Source: Thermoproteota archaeon
GTDB taxonomy: Archaea; Korarchaeota; Korarchaeia; Korarchaeales; Korarchaeaceae
Direction: 5' to 3'
Length of the DNA: 27,353 bases
NCBI GenBank assembly: GCA_037917625.1
Contig: JAVCBY010000052.1
Location: forward strand, 1 to 27,353
Shown here piece after piece: positions 17,319 to 27,033 of this stretch; positions within the stretch are counted from its first letter, which is position 1, and each line of letters starts with the position of its first letter. The position numbers and the translations under genes were made by a program. The notes under the pieces are model-generated. The model was given only the letters and a program-made list of their open reading frames with translations. It had not been told where the DNA came from and did not search any database.

Positions 17319-18338
17319 TCAGACACCCCTCATCTGAAGTAGCTCCTCTGCCTTAAGCGAGCTTATCTCAATACCCAGCATCGAAGCTCTCTCGCTCACC
17401 ATCTTCTGTGCTTCAACTACAGTTTCGGGATCGTCCCAGTGCGAAGTGGCTAGGACGATAGCGAGGGCCCTCTGCTTAGGATCCTGGCTCTTGAAAATAC
17501 CGGAGCCCACGAAGACACCATCAGCACCTAGGTACATCATTAGAGCAGCGTCAGCTGGTGTAGCTATACCCCCAGCTGCGAAAGTTATCACGGGGAGCCT
17601 GCCCATTCTAGCAGTTAAGTTCACTAAGCCTTGAGCGACTTGACACTGCCTAGCGAAGTCCCTCAAGATCTCCTCCTCTCCATCTTTATGGGCCAAGTGA
17701 AGCGTTATTATCGCCCTAAGTAGCTGTTTGAAGTGTTTGACGGCCTCGGATACGTTTCCAGTTCCTGCCTCTCCCTTACTCCTTATCATAGATGCCCCCT
17801 CAGATATCCTCCTCAGAGCCTCACACAACTCCCTGCAACCGTTGACGAACGGCACCTTGAAGGCCCACTTATTTATATGATGAGCCTCATCAACAGGCGT
17901 GAGAACCTCGGATTCATCTATCAGGTCAACACCGATGGATTCGAGGAGAATAGCTTCGTAGAAGTGACCTATTCTCACTTTAGCGCTCACAGGTATCGTG
18001 ATGTGATTCATCACATCCTCTATTACCCTCAGATCCGCCATCCTAGCGACTCCACCGCTCTTCCTCACATCATATGGGAGTTTATCTAGCACCATAACAC
18101 CAACTGCACCAGAGTACTCAGCTATCTGAGCTTGCTCAACAGAAGTGACGTCCATTATGACGCCATTCCTTAACATCGCTGGGAAACCGACTTTAACCCT
18201 GATGGTGCCGATGCTAGCTTCTGGGAGACCTGTGGGCCAGGAAGTTATCGTCTTCAACTTATCTCTAAACTCCAATAAATCGTAGAGCATATCCCTGAGG
18301 GATTCCAACCCCTCGAGGCCTTGCGAGATCGATCGCAT
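17319..18338 (-). CDS. pdxS: PLP synthase lyase subunit
   Basis: [44 protein letters not shown] and FVGSGIFKS. Start placed at ATG 18338. Confidence 0.97.
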   Translation of the reverse strand: MRSISQGLEGLESLRDMLYDLLEFRDKLKTITSWPTGLPEASIGTIRVKVGFPAMLRNGVIMDVTSVEQAQIAEYSGAVGVMVLDKLPYDVRKSGGVARMADLRVIEDVMNHITIPVSAKVRIGHFYEAILLESIGVDLIDESEVLTPVDEAHHINKWAFKVPFVNGCRELCEALRRISEGASMIRSKGEAGTGNVSEAVKHFKQLLRAIITLHLAHKDGEEEILRDFARQCQVAQGLVNLTARMGRLPVITFAAGGIATPADAALMMYLGADGVFVGSGIFKSQDPKQRALAIVLATSHWDDPETVVEAQKMVSERASMLGIEISSLKAEELLQMRGV

Positions 18339-18410
18339 ATGAATTACTCCTGTAAAGAAATATCTCCTTTGTTGAACGTTTAACATAGCAGAGACTTGCT
18401 ATTAAGTGGC

Positions 18411-19541
18411 TTAGAAGCTGCTCCTCTGGATATTTATAGGTTCGTAGATGCAGCAAGGATCCTCATCCAATATATCGCCCTTCCTACTCAAAGCTCTAGC
18501 TCTGCTTCCCCCGCATATGAATCTGTATTCGCAGATACCGCATCTTCCTTTGAATTCAGCCCTTCTTATCTTCCTTAAGATCTCATTCTTCCTATAAATC
18601 TTCACTAGACTTTCCTCTCTGACATTCCCAAGCCTCAAGGGGGCGAACCCGCTCGGATACACCTCTCCGTTATGGGAGATGAATATGATGCCATTCCCAT
18701 CCCTAGTGAAGGAAGATCTCACGTTAGGGCTGCCGCTAGGGGGTCCCAAAAGGCTAATAAGCTGCTCAGTCAGGTCAGTATAAAGGGATCCGAGTCCATG
18801 TCTCTCAGGAGCTTTAGTACCCTCAAAGCTCTTTCCACGTATCTCGACCACCCTCCTGAAGAAAGGAGCCTCCACGGTCCTCACTTCCATCCCGTATCTC
18901 GAGACCTCTACTAGGAAGTGGGAGACATCCTCGCACTCCTGAGGGGTGAGCTCATTCAAATCAATACCTCTCCCTACCTTTATGAGGAAGAAGAGCTCCC
19001 ATACCTTTATTCCCATATCTATTAGGAGCTTCGCTAATTTAGGGAGCTCTGAGACGTTCTCCCTCGCTACTAGCGTGTTTACCTGAACCTTAAGGCCTCT
19101 CATAGAGAGCATCTTCAAGTAATCTATGGTCCTGGAGAAGTTTCCAGGATCCCCCCTTATCAAATCGTGCTTTTCCCCGATCCCATCGAGACTTATTGAG
19201 ACGGATCCTATCTCATCGATTAAATCGATCTTATCTGCTATGAGGTCCGTGACAGCTGGAGCTATGCCCATCCTGATCCCCTTCCGCTTCGCGTAGCTCA
19301 CTATCTCACTCAAGTCCCTCCTCATTAAGGGATCTCCCCCTGTCAATACGAGGATCGGTAGGGGATCTCCGAATCCCTCAATATCCTCTATGAGTTTCAG
19401 AGCATCCTCCTCTTTGAGTTCATCCTCCAGTGGCTCAGGTATTGCCTCAGCTCTGCAGTGCTTACACTTAAGCTTGCAAGCTTTCGTCAGCTCCCAGAAA
19501 ATTATGAGGGGCCTCTCATCGAAATTCAATTTATGAGACAT
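18411..19541 (-). CDS. Radical SAM/SPASM protein, NirJ/AhbD-related (TIGR04053-like)
   Basis: FDERPLIIFWELTKACKLKCKHCRAEA, TGGDPL, DGNGIIFISHNGEVYPSGF and CGICEYRFICGGSRARA...DPCC. ATG 19541 follows GGAGG. Confidence 0.85.
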   Translation of the reverse strand: MSHKLNFDERPLIIFWELTKACKLKCKHCRAEAIPEPLEDELKEEDALKLIEDIEGFGDPLPILVLTGGDPLMRRDLSEIVSYAKRKGIRMGIAPAVTDLIADKIDLIDEIGSVSISLDGIGEKHDLIRGDPGNFSRTIDYLKMLSMRGLKVQVNTLVARENVSELPKLAKLLIDMGIKVWELFFLIKVGRGIDLNELTPQECEDVSHFLVEVSRYGMEVRTVEAPFFRRVVEIRGKSFEGTKAPERHGLGSLYTDLTEQLISLLGPPSGSPNVRSSFTRDGNGIIFISHNGEVYPSGFAPLRLGNVREESLVKIYRKNEILRKIRRAEFKGRCGICEYRFICGGSRARALSRKGDILDEDPCCIYEPINIQRSSF

Positions 19542-20581
19542 GTCGGATCCTCCCCAAAGAGATCCCCTGAGTAAACGTATGCCTTCACTCTCGATCCGCC
19601 GCATATTTCCTTGAAGATGCAATCCCCACATCTCCCCTTCAAATTCCTCGCATCCCCTACTCTCCTGTAAATATCGCTTTCCAATGCCTCCTTGAGCTTC
19701 CTCGCATCCCCTATCCTGAGATCCCCTAAATAGGGGCTTAGGAGCACATCCCCAGCGGGTGAAATTGAGATGAGGCCGCGGCCCTCCCTCGCGATCCTCC
19801 TGTTAACTCTAATACCAGCTCTAATAGAGGAGTAAATAGCGGCCGATGGATGCAGCCCTATATCGATCTCGATCTCACCATACCTCTCCTCTATGATCAC
19901 CTCCTGCAGGAGGAAATCGAGAAGCTTCCTCCATTCCTCCTTACTGAGGATATCAGAGCTAGATTGAGCCCTCCCCTCGGGAAGGAGATCGCATATGTAG
20001 AGCGTGCCCACATCGTATCTAAAAGCTACATCTAGCAAGTGGTGAAGGTGCTTCAGGATGCTCCTGGAAGCCACGGTCTTTATAGTTAAGTTAGCACCCC
20101 TTAAATCCCTCAATGCATTAATAACGCTATTATAACTACCTTCAACTCCAGTTAATGCATCGTGAAACCCCTCGGGCCCGTAAAGCGGGAGGGCTATATT
20201 ATCGAGAGAGTCAGCGATGCTCTGGAGGGCTCCGCTTAAACTACCGTTCGTGCTCAAGATAACTCTGAAGTCCCTCGCCTTCAGCTCCCTTACCAACTGG
20301 GGAGTTTGGTCCTTCAGTAGGGGTTCCCCTCCGGAGATGAATATGAGGGGCTTCCCGAGTTCCTCTAGTTGATCTACAATCCTTAAAAATTCATTGAAGT
20401 CAGAGAGTTCCTTAGTAGGCCTCCATTCGGATTGATAGCAGTGAGTGCACCTCATATTGCAATTGTAAGTGACGTTCCAGATGACAACGCCTACTCCACT
20501 CTTGGAGTGAGCTCTATCCGCTACTTCCTCTCCTCTTGAGACGGAGCTGGAGCCTTTAATCATCGATCTCAAGTGAACCAT
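19526..20581 (-). CDS. Radical SAM/SPASM protein, NirJ/AhbC-related
   Basis: VVIWNVTYNCNMRCTHCY, SGGEPL, STNG and CGDCIFKEICGGSRVKAY...EDPTC. TAATG overlap with the upstream gene. Confidence 0.8.
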   Translation of the reverse strand: MVHLRSMIKGSSSVSRGEEVADRAHSKSGVGVVIWNVTYNCNMRCTHCYQSEWRPTKELSDFNEFLRIVDQLEELGKPLIFISGGEPLLKDQTPQLVRELKARDFRVILSTNGSLSGALQSIADSLDNIALPLYGPEGFHDALTGVEGSYNSVINALRDLRGANLTIKTVASRSILKHLHHLLDVAFRYDVGTLYICDLLPEGRAQSSSDILSKEEWRKLLDFLLQEVIIEERYGEIEIDIGLHPSAAIYSSIRAGIRVNRRIAREGRGLISISPAGDVLLSPYLGDLRIGDARKLKEALESDIYRRVGDARNLKGRCGDCIFKEICGGSRVKAYVYSGDLFGEDPTCLIN

Positions 20582-21123
20582 TATAACCACCTATGTGCTC
20601 TAAGCTTAGGCAGGAGATACTTTACGACGATATAGGAGGCAATTATGTTTGAGATAATACTCACTAAGAAAATTGTTGAGACTATGAAGCTCCCAAAGTC
20701 AACCAATTTCCTTAGGAAGAGGACTAGGAAGAGGTATTGGTAGATACCGGCCATGAAGCCCGATAGGACCATTGAGATTATCGAGATAGCTATGAGGGAT
20801 CTCCCGGGATTCTCGGAGCGGGCTCTCTCGTAAGCTCTCGTAGGTATGAATATTAGATCTAGGATCAATCCCCTGATAAAGAAAGTCCCTAGCATCAGGA
20901 GGAAGAGTTGAGATTGAAAGCTGTAAATGAGGCCAGCTATCGTCGATATCATAGTCGCGGAGAGGGGCCTCCCGATCACGAAAGCTCCAGTCAATAGGAA
21001 AATTGTGTAAAAAATTGCACCATATCCGGATGTATATTTTGTAAATAGTGATGATATAAACAACAAAACTGAAAACATTGATATCAAGCTGAAGTCGAGG
21101 CTCACGCTTCTCCTCACTGCCAT
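20581..21123 (-). CDS. Membrane protein resembling an ECF transporter substrate-specific (S) component
   Basis: 180 aa with about 6 TM and the pattern GRPLSATMISTIAGLI...GLILDLIF. The ECF assignment is inference. Confidence 0.55.
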   Translation of the reverse strand: MAVRRSVSLDFSLISMFSVLLFISSLFTKYTSGYGAIFYTIFLLTGAFVIGRPLSATMISTIAGLIYSFQSQLFLLMLGTFFIRGLILDLIFIPTRAYERARSENPGRSLIAISIISMVLSGFMAGIYQYLFLVLFLRKLVDFGSFIVSTIFLVSIISNIIASYIVVKYLLPKLRAHRWL

Positions 21124-21230
21124 GATCTCACTTACCGGATCGCTAAATAGTTAATATATAAAATTATGCTTTCGTCAACAAAGGGTGTCATAGCATTAAG
21201 TGTGCACCTCAACTCCCGAGCCTAGATCGA

Positions 21231-21692
21231 TCATATGGGGAACTCCCAATTCATATGGACTACTCCCGTGACTAACAGGGTCTCAGCAGCTGTAACGCCC
21301 CTCAGAGATCTCACAGTCTCATCTATCTTTGATACATGGCTCATGTCCCTCGCGTGGAATATCGCGACTATGTTGTATTTCCCAGTCAGTTTGAAGACGT
21401 GAGTCGCCTCAGGCATGCTCTTCAATCTGCTGAAGACATCTTCAAGCTCTTCCGGTGATACTTGAAATAAAATTATCATCGAAAATGGGAAGCCAATTTT
21501 TCTAGGGTCCATAAGCGTATAGAATCCGAGGATAACCCCTTTCTCGATTAACCTCCTCACTCTATATTTCACAGTGGCCTCGGGGATCCCGAGCCTCTTA
21601 GATATCTCTGAGTAAGGGATCCTAGAATCCTTTTGCATGAGCCTAAGTATCTTAATATCCAATTCATCGAGGTCCTTACTAAAGCGACCCAC
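21231..21692 (-). CDS. Lrp/AsnC-family regulator
   Basis: LDELDIKILRLMQKDSRIPYSEISKRLGIPEATVKYRVRRLIEKGVI and a C-terminal RAM domain with LTGKYN. Confidence 0.93.
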   Translation of the reverse strand: MGRFSKDLDELDIKILRLMQKDSRIPYSEISKRLGIPEATVKYRVRRLIEKGVILGFYTLMDPRKIGFPFSMIILFQVSPEELEDVFSRLKSMPEATHVFKLTGKYNIVAIFHARDMSHVSKIDETVRSLRGVTAAETLLVTGVVHMNWEFPI

Positions 21693-21742
21693 AAATTATT
21701 GACCTCAGATAAACTATAAATATGTTCTATCTCATGATGTGA

Positions 21743-21756
21743 AGGATAATTATCCT
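21743..21756. promoter_or_regulatory. Palindromic operator candidate upstream of lrp
   Basis: Perfect 14-bp palindrome AGGATAATTATCCT. Confidence 0.45.
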
Positions 21757-21789
21757 CCACACGATCAATACTGAAAATGCGTTCATAGT

Positions 21790-22710
21790 TCATCCAATCC
21801 TCTTATACCACTCTATCGTTCTCCTGAGCCCCTCCCTGATCCCCACTTCCGGGATCCATCCTATAGCTTCTCTAATAGTCTCTACGGATGCCCTGCTCCT
21901 CCTGACATCTCCCCTCTTAGGAGGCTCATACCTCACTTCAGCTCTCATGCCAAGTAGTTCAGATATCAAGGAGAGGAGCTCATTTATAGAGGTCTCAACA
22001 CCAGTTCCCACGTTGAAAGCTCCCTTAACATTTGAAAATAAGCTCTTAACATTAGCTTTAGCGACATCAGTTACGTAAACAAAGTCCCTAGTCTGATTGC
22101 CATCCCCGAATATCCTTACGGGCTCCCCCCTCAATAGAGATGTTATGAAGATGTGAACTACCCCACTGTAGGGACCGCTCCTCATTCTCGGCCCATAGAC
22201 GTTGAAGTACCTGAGCGCAACTACATCAATTCCATACTCCTCCATGTAGCTGATCGCGAGCCTCTCCCCCATGAGCTTAGATAACCCGTATAAGTTAGCT
22301 GGCTTGAGGGGGTGGGATTCATCTATCGGTAAGTAACTAGGTTCACCGTAGACAGCTACGCTGGATGCATAAACGAACCTCTTAACGTCGAGCTTCCTGG
22401 CTAACTCCAACATATTGAGAGTCCCGAGGAAGTTAGTCTCGAATGCGAGCTTAGGATTCATTCTAGCTTCATCTATGCTGACTATAGCGGCTAAATGTAT
22501 TATCCCTTCCACCTCCCCACCTATCCCCTCTGAAATTGCATTGAAGTCCCTTATATCTACCTTGAGAGTTCTCAACCTCTCATCGCTCCTCAAGTTCCCT
22601 GGAGAACCGCTGTAGAAGTTATCGATGACGCAAACGTTCATGCGTCGCTCTAGTAACTCATCCACAGTATGGCTCCCTATGAACCCAGCCCCTCCGCTAA
22701 CGATTATCAT
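21790..22710 (-). CDS. NAD-dependent NDP-sugar epimerase/dehydratase (GalE-like extended SDR)
   Basis: SGGAGFIGSH, HLAA, ASSVAVYG, YGLSK, LRYFNVYGP and GDGNQTRDFVYV. Confidence 0.93.
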   Translation of the reverse strand: MIIVSGGAGFIGSHTVDELLERRMNVCVIDNFYSGSPGNLRSDERLRTLKVDIRDFNAISEGIGGEVEGIIHLAAIVSIDEARMNPKLAFETNFLGTLNMLELARKLDVKRFVYASSVAVYGEPSYLPIDESHPLKPANLYGLSKLMGERLAISYMEEYGIDVVALRYFNVYGPRMRSGPYSGVVHIFITSLLRGEPVRIFGDGNQTRDFVYVTDVAKANVKSLFSNVKGAFNVGTGVETSINELLSLISELLGMRAEVRYEPPKRGDVRRSRASVETIREAIGWIPEVGIREGLRRTIEWYKRIG

Positions 22711-22771
22711 CTTCAGCCCGAGGGAGCGTGTTTATAAAAAGGCTCGCTGCAGCTCCCAGGATGGACTATCT

Positions 22772-22782
22772 AAAAAAAAAAA
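22772..22782 (-). terminator. Oligo-T terminator candidate for the hdr operon
   Basis: T11 on the minus strand, 13 nt after the cooT stop. Confidence 0.65.
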
Positions 22783-22795
22783 GAGGATCGGGGAC

Positions 22796-22984
22796 TCAGA
22801 TAACTACCTTCACTAAGTGCCTCACCATATCGATTCTAATCTCCTTCGCATCCTCTATCTCCTTCATTTCTCCCATCTCATTGTAAATTACCAGCTTCCC
22901 ATCCTTAATAGAGAGGGAGATGACGTCCTCCATCAATAACTTCTCGGAGGAACCCTCTATAATGTAAACCTCACTCTCACACAC
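22796..22984 (-). CDS. cooT: CooT-family nickel-binding protein
   Basis: 62 aa starting MCESEVY (Cys2), with LLMEDV, GEMKEI and IDMVRH. The GTG follows GGAGGTGA. Confidence 0.82.
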   Translation of the reverse strand: MCESEVYIIEGSSEKLLMEDVISLSIKDGKLVIYNEMGEMKEIEDAKEIRIDMVRHLVKVVI

Positions 22985-22988
22985 TATC

Positions 22989-23738
22989 TCACCTCCCGAA
23001 TCCTTTCCTAGGGGGATTGAATAATTCATCGAGCCCTAATTCATCCGGGGGCATCCCCATGGAGTAGGCCAGTATCTGAGTGAAGTGGAGGATCGGTAGT
23101 CCGGATGCGTAAAAGTCCAGCATGAAGTGGCAGAGGTTGCACATAGTAGCTATGACCTCGGCTCCGTTATCCTCAGCGGATCTCACCAAATCCCTCGCCA
23201 TCTTTATAGCTAGATCCGGCTCCCTGAGGGCTATTGGTCCACCGCAACACTTAGTTCTCATTGGGAAATCTACGGGCCGAGCTCCAGTGAGCGATAAAAT
23301 GTCCTCTAGCGCTCTGGGATCCTCGGGATCGTCTATAGCTAATCCCCTAGGTCTAAGAGCTTGACATCCGTAGTAAGCCGCGACCTTGAGATCGACTTTC
23401 CTCACTATTTTTCCAGCTATCTCCTCTAAACCAATTTCCCTGAACAGGAAATCGACTAAGTGGGTCGCAAAACCACCGCTCCTGTTTATCGTGTTGTAAC
23501 AACCGCTGCATCCAGTTATGACCCTCCCGCCGGCTTCCCTATTTATTATCTTAGCGAGCCCCCTGGTGAATTCCCAACTGTAGAGCTCACCCTCCAACGT
23601 ACCGCAGCACGGCAGATCATCGAGCAGCTTGAACTCCACCCCTAACCTCTCTATGACGAAGAGCGCCGTCTTTAAATACGCTCTCTCAGTGGTCTTAGCT
23701 GAGCACCCGGGATAGTAAGCCTCAACTCTTCCTCGCAA
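22989..23738 (-). CDS. hdrB: Heterodisulfide reductase subunit B-like
   Basis: Two CCG domains: YYPGC/CCG/CSGC and YYGC/CCGG/CNLC. Confidence 0.92.
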   Translation of the reverse strand: MRGRVEAYYPGCSAKTTERAYLKTALFVIERLGVEFKLLDDLPCCGTLEGELYSWEFTRGLAKIINREAGGRVITGCSGCYNTINRSGGFATHLVDFLFREIGLEEIAGKIVRKVDLKVAAYYGCQALRPRGLAIDDPEDPRALEDILSLTGARPVDFPMRTKCCGGPIALREPDLAIKMARDLVRSAEDNGAEVIATMCNLCHFMLDFYASGLPILHFTQILAYSMGMPPDELGLDELFNPPRKGFGR

Positions 23739-24207
23739 CCTCCCTCACCTCCTCCAAGAGCTCCCTCCTTACCCTCCCTCTCTCGAAGAGGATAGGGGCA
23801 GCTTTAAGGCCCTTCAGACCAGCGTATTTGGAGAGGGAGACTCCTAAGGCCCTAAGGGCGAGTGCAGCTGGATTCAGAAAGCCCTTGTCAGTTATCTCAT
23901 CTAAGAAAATCTTCTCAAATCTCCCAGGGCCGTACCTCTTCACAGCTATGTTTGACAATGCAGTAGCTATATCCGGGAAGCTCAAGCCCTGAGGACATCT
24001 GACGGAGCAGAGGAAACAGTGGAGGCAGAGCTCGTAAACCCTAGATTTGAGGACATCTTCCATCCCCAATTGAATGGAGTGTATCAGCTTAGCTGGGGAG
24101 AAGCCCTTGTATCCAGCCATCTGGCAGGATGATGAGCATTCCCCACATTGGAAGCATAACATGACGTCCTGCCCGGAGATCGCTTTTATATCGCTCCTGA
24201 GGCTCAT
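23722..24207 (-). CDS. hdrC: Heterodisulfide reductase subunit C-like
   Basis: CFQCGECSSSC and CLHCFLCSVRCPQG. Confidence 0.9.
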   Translation of the reverse strand: MSLRSDIKAISGQDVMLCFQCGECSSSCQMAGYKGFSPAKLIHSIQLGMEDVLKSRVYELCLHCFLCSVRCPQGLSFPDIATALSNIAVKRYGPGRFEKIFLDEITDKGFLNPAALALRALGVSLSKYAGLKGLKAAPILFERGRVRRELLEEVREVARKS

Positions 24208-25085
24208 GTCCTCACCCTACCGAAGGATATAGCTTTAGCGGATAGCACTTCCTTGCAACTCGGACATATTTTAGGAGAGTCAGCTTTCTTCAACTCCCCC
24301 TCTGTCGCGAAATAGTTTCCGCAGACTTCGCAAGCGACGAGAGGTATCTTAATCCCCTCACTCCAATTGGAGAGTAATTGAGACACTCTCAGACCTCCCA
24401 GCCTCAGGGAGGACTCGCCACTCTCCTCACATGCCTTGACACAATCCCCGCATGCTGTACACTTAGCAGCATTCACCAGAATCCTCCTGAACCCATCTGA
24501 ATTCATAATCCTGAGGGCCTCACGCTCACAAGCTTCGACGCAAGCGCCACAACCGATGCAACTCTCATCGTAAACTGGCGCCTTGAAGCCAGGTATCTCG
24601 GGAAGTGGGATATCCTTGAACTCTTTAGCTATAGCTTTGAGGGCCTCGACGAGGTTCTCCTTCTTCCCTAGCCTTATCCTACCGATCTCGCCCCTGCGGG
24701 GGAGAGGGCCGAGTCTCTTCACCCTCTCACTCATCTCCTCCGCAGCTTTCACGAACTTATGCGGTTCCGAGGATGCCATGAAGAACATCTCAACTCTCTC
24801 AGGTTCAACTCCAACGGCCTCGAGCAGCTGCTTCACGAAGGCCACTCTCCTCTCGGCTTTGAGGTTCCCATCAACGTAATGGCACTCCCCCTTCCTGCAG
24901 CCAGCCACGAAGGCAGCATCAGCCCCTCTAGCTAGAGCGTAGACGAGCCAGGATGGGTCGAAGGTGCCGGAGCAAGGTATCCTTATCACTAGCACGTTCG
25001 CTGGGTGCTTCCTATGGGTGCTACCAGCTAGATCAGCTGCAGCGTAAGCGCACTCATTGCAACAGAAACCGATCACGTAACTCAT
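24204..25085 (-). CDS. mvhD: MvhD/FlpD [2Fe-2S] domain fused to a 2x[4Fe-4S] plus CxxC..CxxC domain
   Basis: FCCNECAYAAADLAG, IPCSG and GCRKGECHYVDGN, then CIGCGACVEAC, CTACGDCVKAC, CEVC and CPSC. Confidence 0.88.
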   Translation of the reverse strand: MSYVIGFCCNECAYAAADLAGSTHRKHPANVLVIRIPCSGTFDPSWLVYALARGADAAFVAGCRKGECHYVDGNLKAERRVAFVKQLLEAVGVEPERVEMFFMASSEPHKFVKAAEEMSERVKRLGPLPRRGEIGRIRLGKKENLVEALKAIAKEFKDIPLPEIPGFKAPVYDESCIGCGACVEACEREALRIMNSDGFRRILVNAAKCTACGDCVKACEESGESSLRLGGLRVSQLLSNWSEGIKIPLVACEVCGNYFATEGELKKADSPKICPSCKEVLSAKAISFGRVRT

Positions 25086-27028
25086 GCGACCACCTCCAGT
25101 AAGCCGTCTATCTGATTGAGGATCTGACCGTGATCATAGAGCCTCCTCTCTATAGCTCCAGTTGGACAGGCCCCCTGACAAATGCCGCATCCCATGCAAG
25201 CGAGCGGGAGCACTCTGGCCTTCCCCTCCTCGAGCACTATAGCTGAGAAGGGGCACTCCTCAACGCACGCTCCACAACCCGTGCAGAGCTCTGGATTCAC
25301 TTTAGCCTTCTCCCCTGTCACCGGGACCTTCCCCGCCATCAAGATCCTAGCAGCTTCACTAGCTGCCGCTTTAGCCTGTGTTACAGAATCCGGGATGTCC
25401 TTAGGTCCTTGAGCAGTACCGCATATGAATATACCCGGTCTTGATGTCTGAACGGGCTTCAGTTTAGGATGTAATTCTTGCAGGAATCCGTAGAGATCCC
25501 TGGGTATGTTCAACACCTTCGAGATAGAGAGGGTCCCCTCGGAAGGGCTGAGGCCAGCCGCTAAGACCACCATATCGACCTCCAACCTCAATTTCTCACC
25601 CAGCATCTCATCATAGATCTCTGTGACGAGCTTATCTCCCTCTCTCCTAACCTCACCGGGCTTTCCCCTGATGAAGACGACTCCCTCCTCCCTCACTCTA
25701 GTGTACATCTCCTCGAAACCCTTCTTGGGGGTCCTCATATCTATATAGGCCACGTAGACCTTGGTCTCGGGGTACTCCATCCTGATTATCTCAGCTTGCT
25801 TCAGCGTGATCATGCAGCAGACGTTGGAGCAATAAGGATTGTTGTTTAAATCTCTGCTCCCAGCGCATTGCACGAAGAGGACGCTCTCAGGGATCTTGCC
25901 ATCAGATGGTCTCTTCAAATGGCCGGCAGTCGGGCCATTGACATTTATAAGGCTTTCGAAACCGAATTGAGTTATCACGTCAGGTATCTTCCCATAACCG
26001 TAGTTCTTGAGGTTGCTGGCATCGTACTCATTAGCGCCAGTCGCTACTACTATAGCCCCTACCCTGAGCTCGAACTCCCCATCTTCCTCGGTCAGATCCA
26101 CTGCTTTAGCTGGACAGACCTCCTCGCACTTCCTACAGCTCCCGTCCTCGAAGAAGAGGCAGTTCTCCCTATCTATGACGTAAGCTCTGGGGACGGACTG
26201 GGGGAAGGGTATGTAAGCAGCCTTCCTACTCCCCAGCTTAGCGTACCACTCATTCGGAACCTCCAAGGGGCAAGATTCTGCGCAAATACCACAAGCCACG
26301 CATTTATCTGGATCTACATACCTAGCTCTCTTCTTGATCCTTACCCTGAAGTCGCCGACGGACCCGCTGACTTCCGTGACCTCGCACATCGTGTGGATCG
26401 TTATGTTAGGGTGATGCTCGGCTTCCGCCATCATGGGGGTGAGTATGCATAGCGAACAGTCGCCCGTGGGGAAGACTCTATCCAATAGAGCCATCCACCC
26501 GCCTATAGTAGGTGACCTCTCGATCATATGCACTCTTATCCCTTTCTCAGCTAGATCGAGCGCTGCAGCTATTCCAGCTACGCCTCCACCTATCACTAGA
26601 GCCTCCCTGTTCACTCTGAACTCCTCAATCTCCACGGGCTCGGCCTCCAGGACCCTCTCTACAGCCGCCCAAGTGTAAGCTATAGCCTTCCTGGTAGCTT
26701 CCTCAGGATCTTCAGTCGACCAGGAGACTAGCTCCCTTATGTTAGCTTGCTCATAATACCCGAAGTTCAAGCCAGCTTCCTCTACCGCTCCCCTGAATAG
26801 GGGTTCATGGAGTTTGGGGCTGCAAGCGGCAACGACGACCCTATCGACCTTCCCAGCCCTTATATCCCTCTTTATCAATTCCTGGCCGAAGCTACTGCAC
26901 ATGAAGAAGTAATGCCTCGATACCGTGACCTGAGGATGCTTCTTCAACTCAGCAGCCACTCTCTGAACATCCACCTTCCCGGCTATATTCTTACCACAAT
27001 GGCAGACGTAAACCCCGACCTTAGGCAT
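25082..27028 (-). CDS. hdrA: Heterodisulfide reductase subunit A
   Basis: KVGVYVCHCGKNI, AACSP, VIGGGVAG, FPTGDCSLC, QCAGSRD, YCSNVCC, GPKDIPDSV and ferredoxin motifs. ATG 27028 follows GGTGA. Confidence 0.96.
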   Translation of the reverse strand: MPKVGVYVCHCGKNIAGKVDVQRVAAELKKHPQVTVSRHYFFMCSSFGQELIKRDIRAGKVDRVVVAACSPKLHEPLFRGAVEEAGLNFGYYEQANIRELVSWSTEDPEEATRKAIAYTWAAVERVLEAEPVEIEEFRVNREALVIGGGVAGIAAALDLAEKGIRVHMIERSPTIGGWMALLDRVFPTGDCSLCILTPMMAEAEHHPNITIHTMCEVTEVSGSVGDFRVRIKKRARYVDPDKCVACGICAESCPLEVPNEWYAKLGSRKAAYIPFPQSVPRAYVIDRENCLFFEDGSCRKCEEVCPAKAVDLTEEDGEFELRVGAIVVATGANEYDASNLKNYGYGKIPDVITQFGFESLINVNGPTAGHLKRPSDGKIPESVLFVQCAGSRDLNNNPYCSNVCCMITLKQAEIIRMEYPETKVYVAYIDMRTPKKGFEEMYTRVREEGVVFIRGKPGEVRREGDKLVTEIYDEMLGEKLRLEVDMVVLAAGLSPSEGTLSISKVLNIPRDLYGFLQELHPKLKPVQTSRPGIFICGTAQGPKDIPDSVTQAKAAASEAARILMAGKVPVTGEKAKVNPELCTGCGACVEECPFSAIVLEEGKARVLPLACMGCGICQGACPTGAIERRLYDHGQILNQIDGLLEVVA

Positions 27029-27033
27029 AGAGA

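Noticed and set aside
21231-21692. Siroheme decarboxylase AhbA/AhbB, given the adjacent Ahb-like genes
   Set aside because: It lacks the FPLxxRPF and HxYxR motifs and looks like an ordinary Lrp regulator.
21734-21774. C/D box sRNA (ATGATGT ... CTGA)
   Set aside because: The C box is imperfect, it spans only 41 nt, and there are no internal D'/C' boxes.
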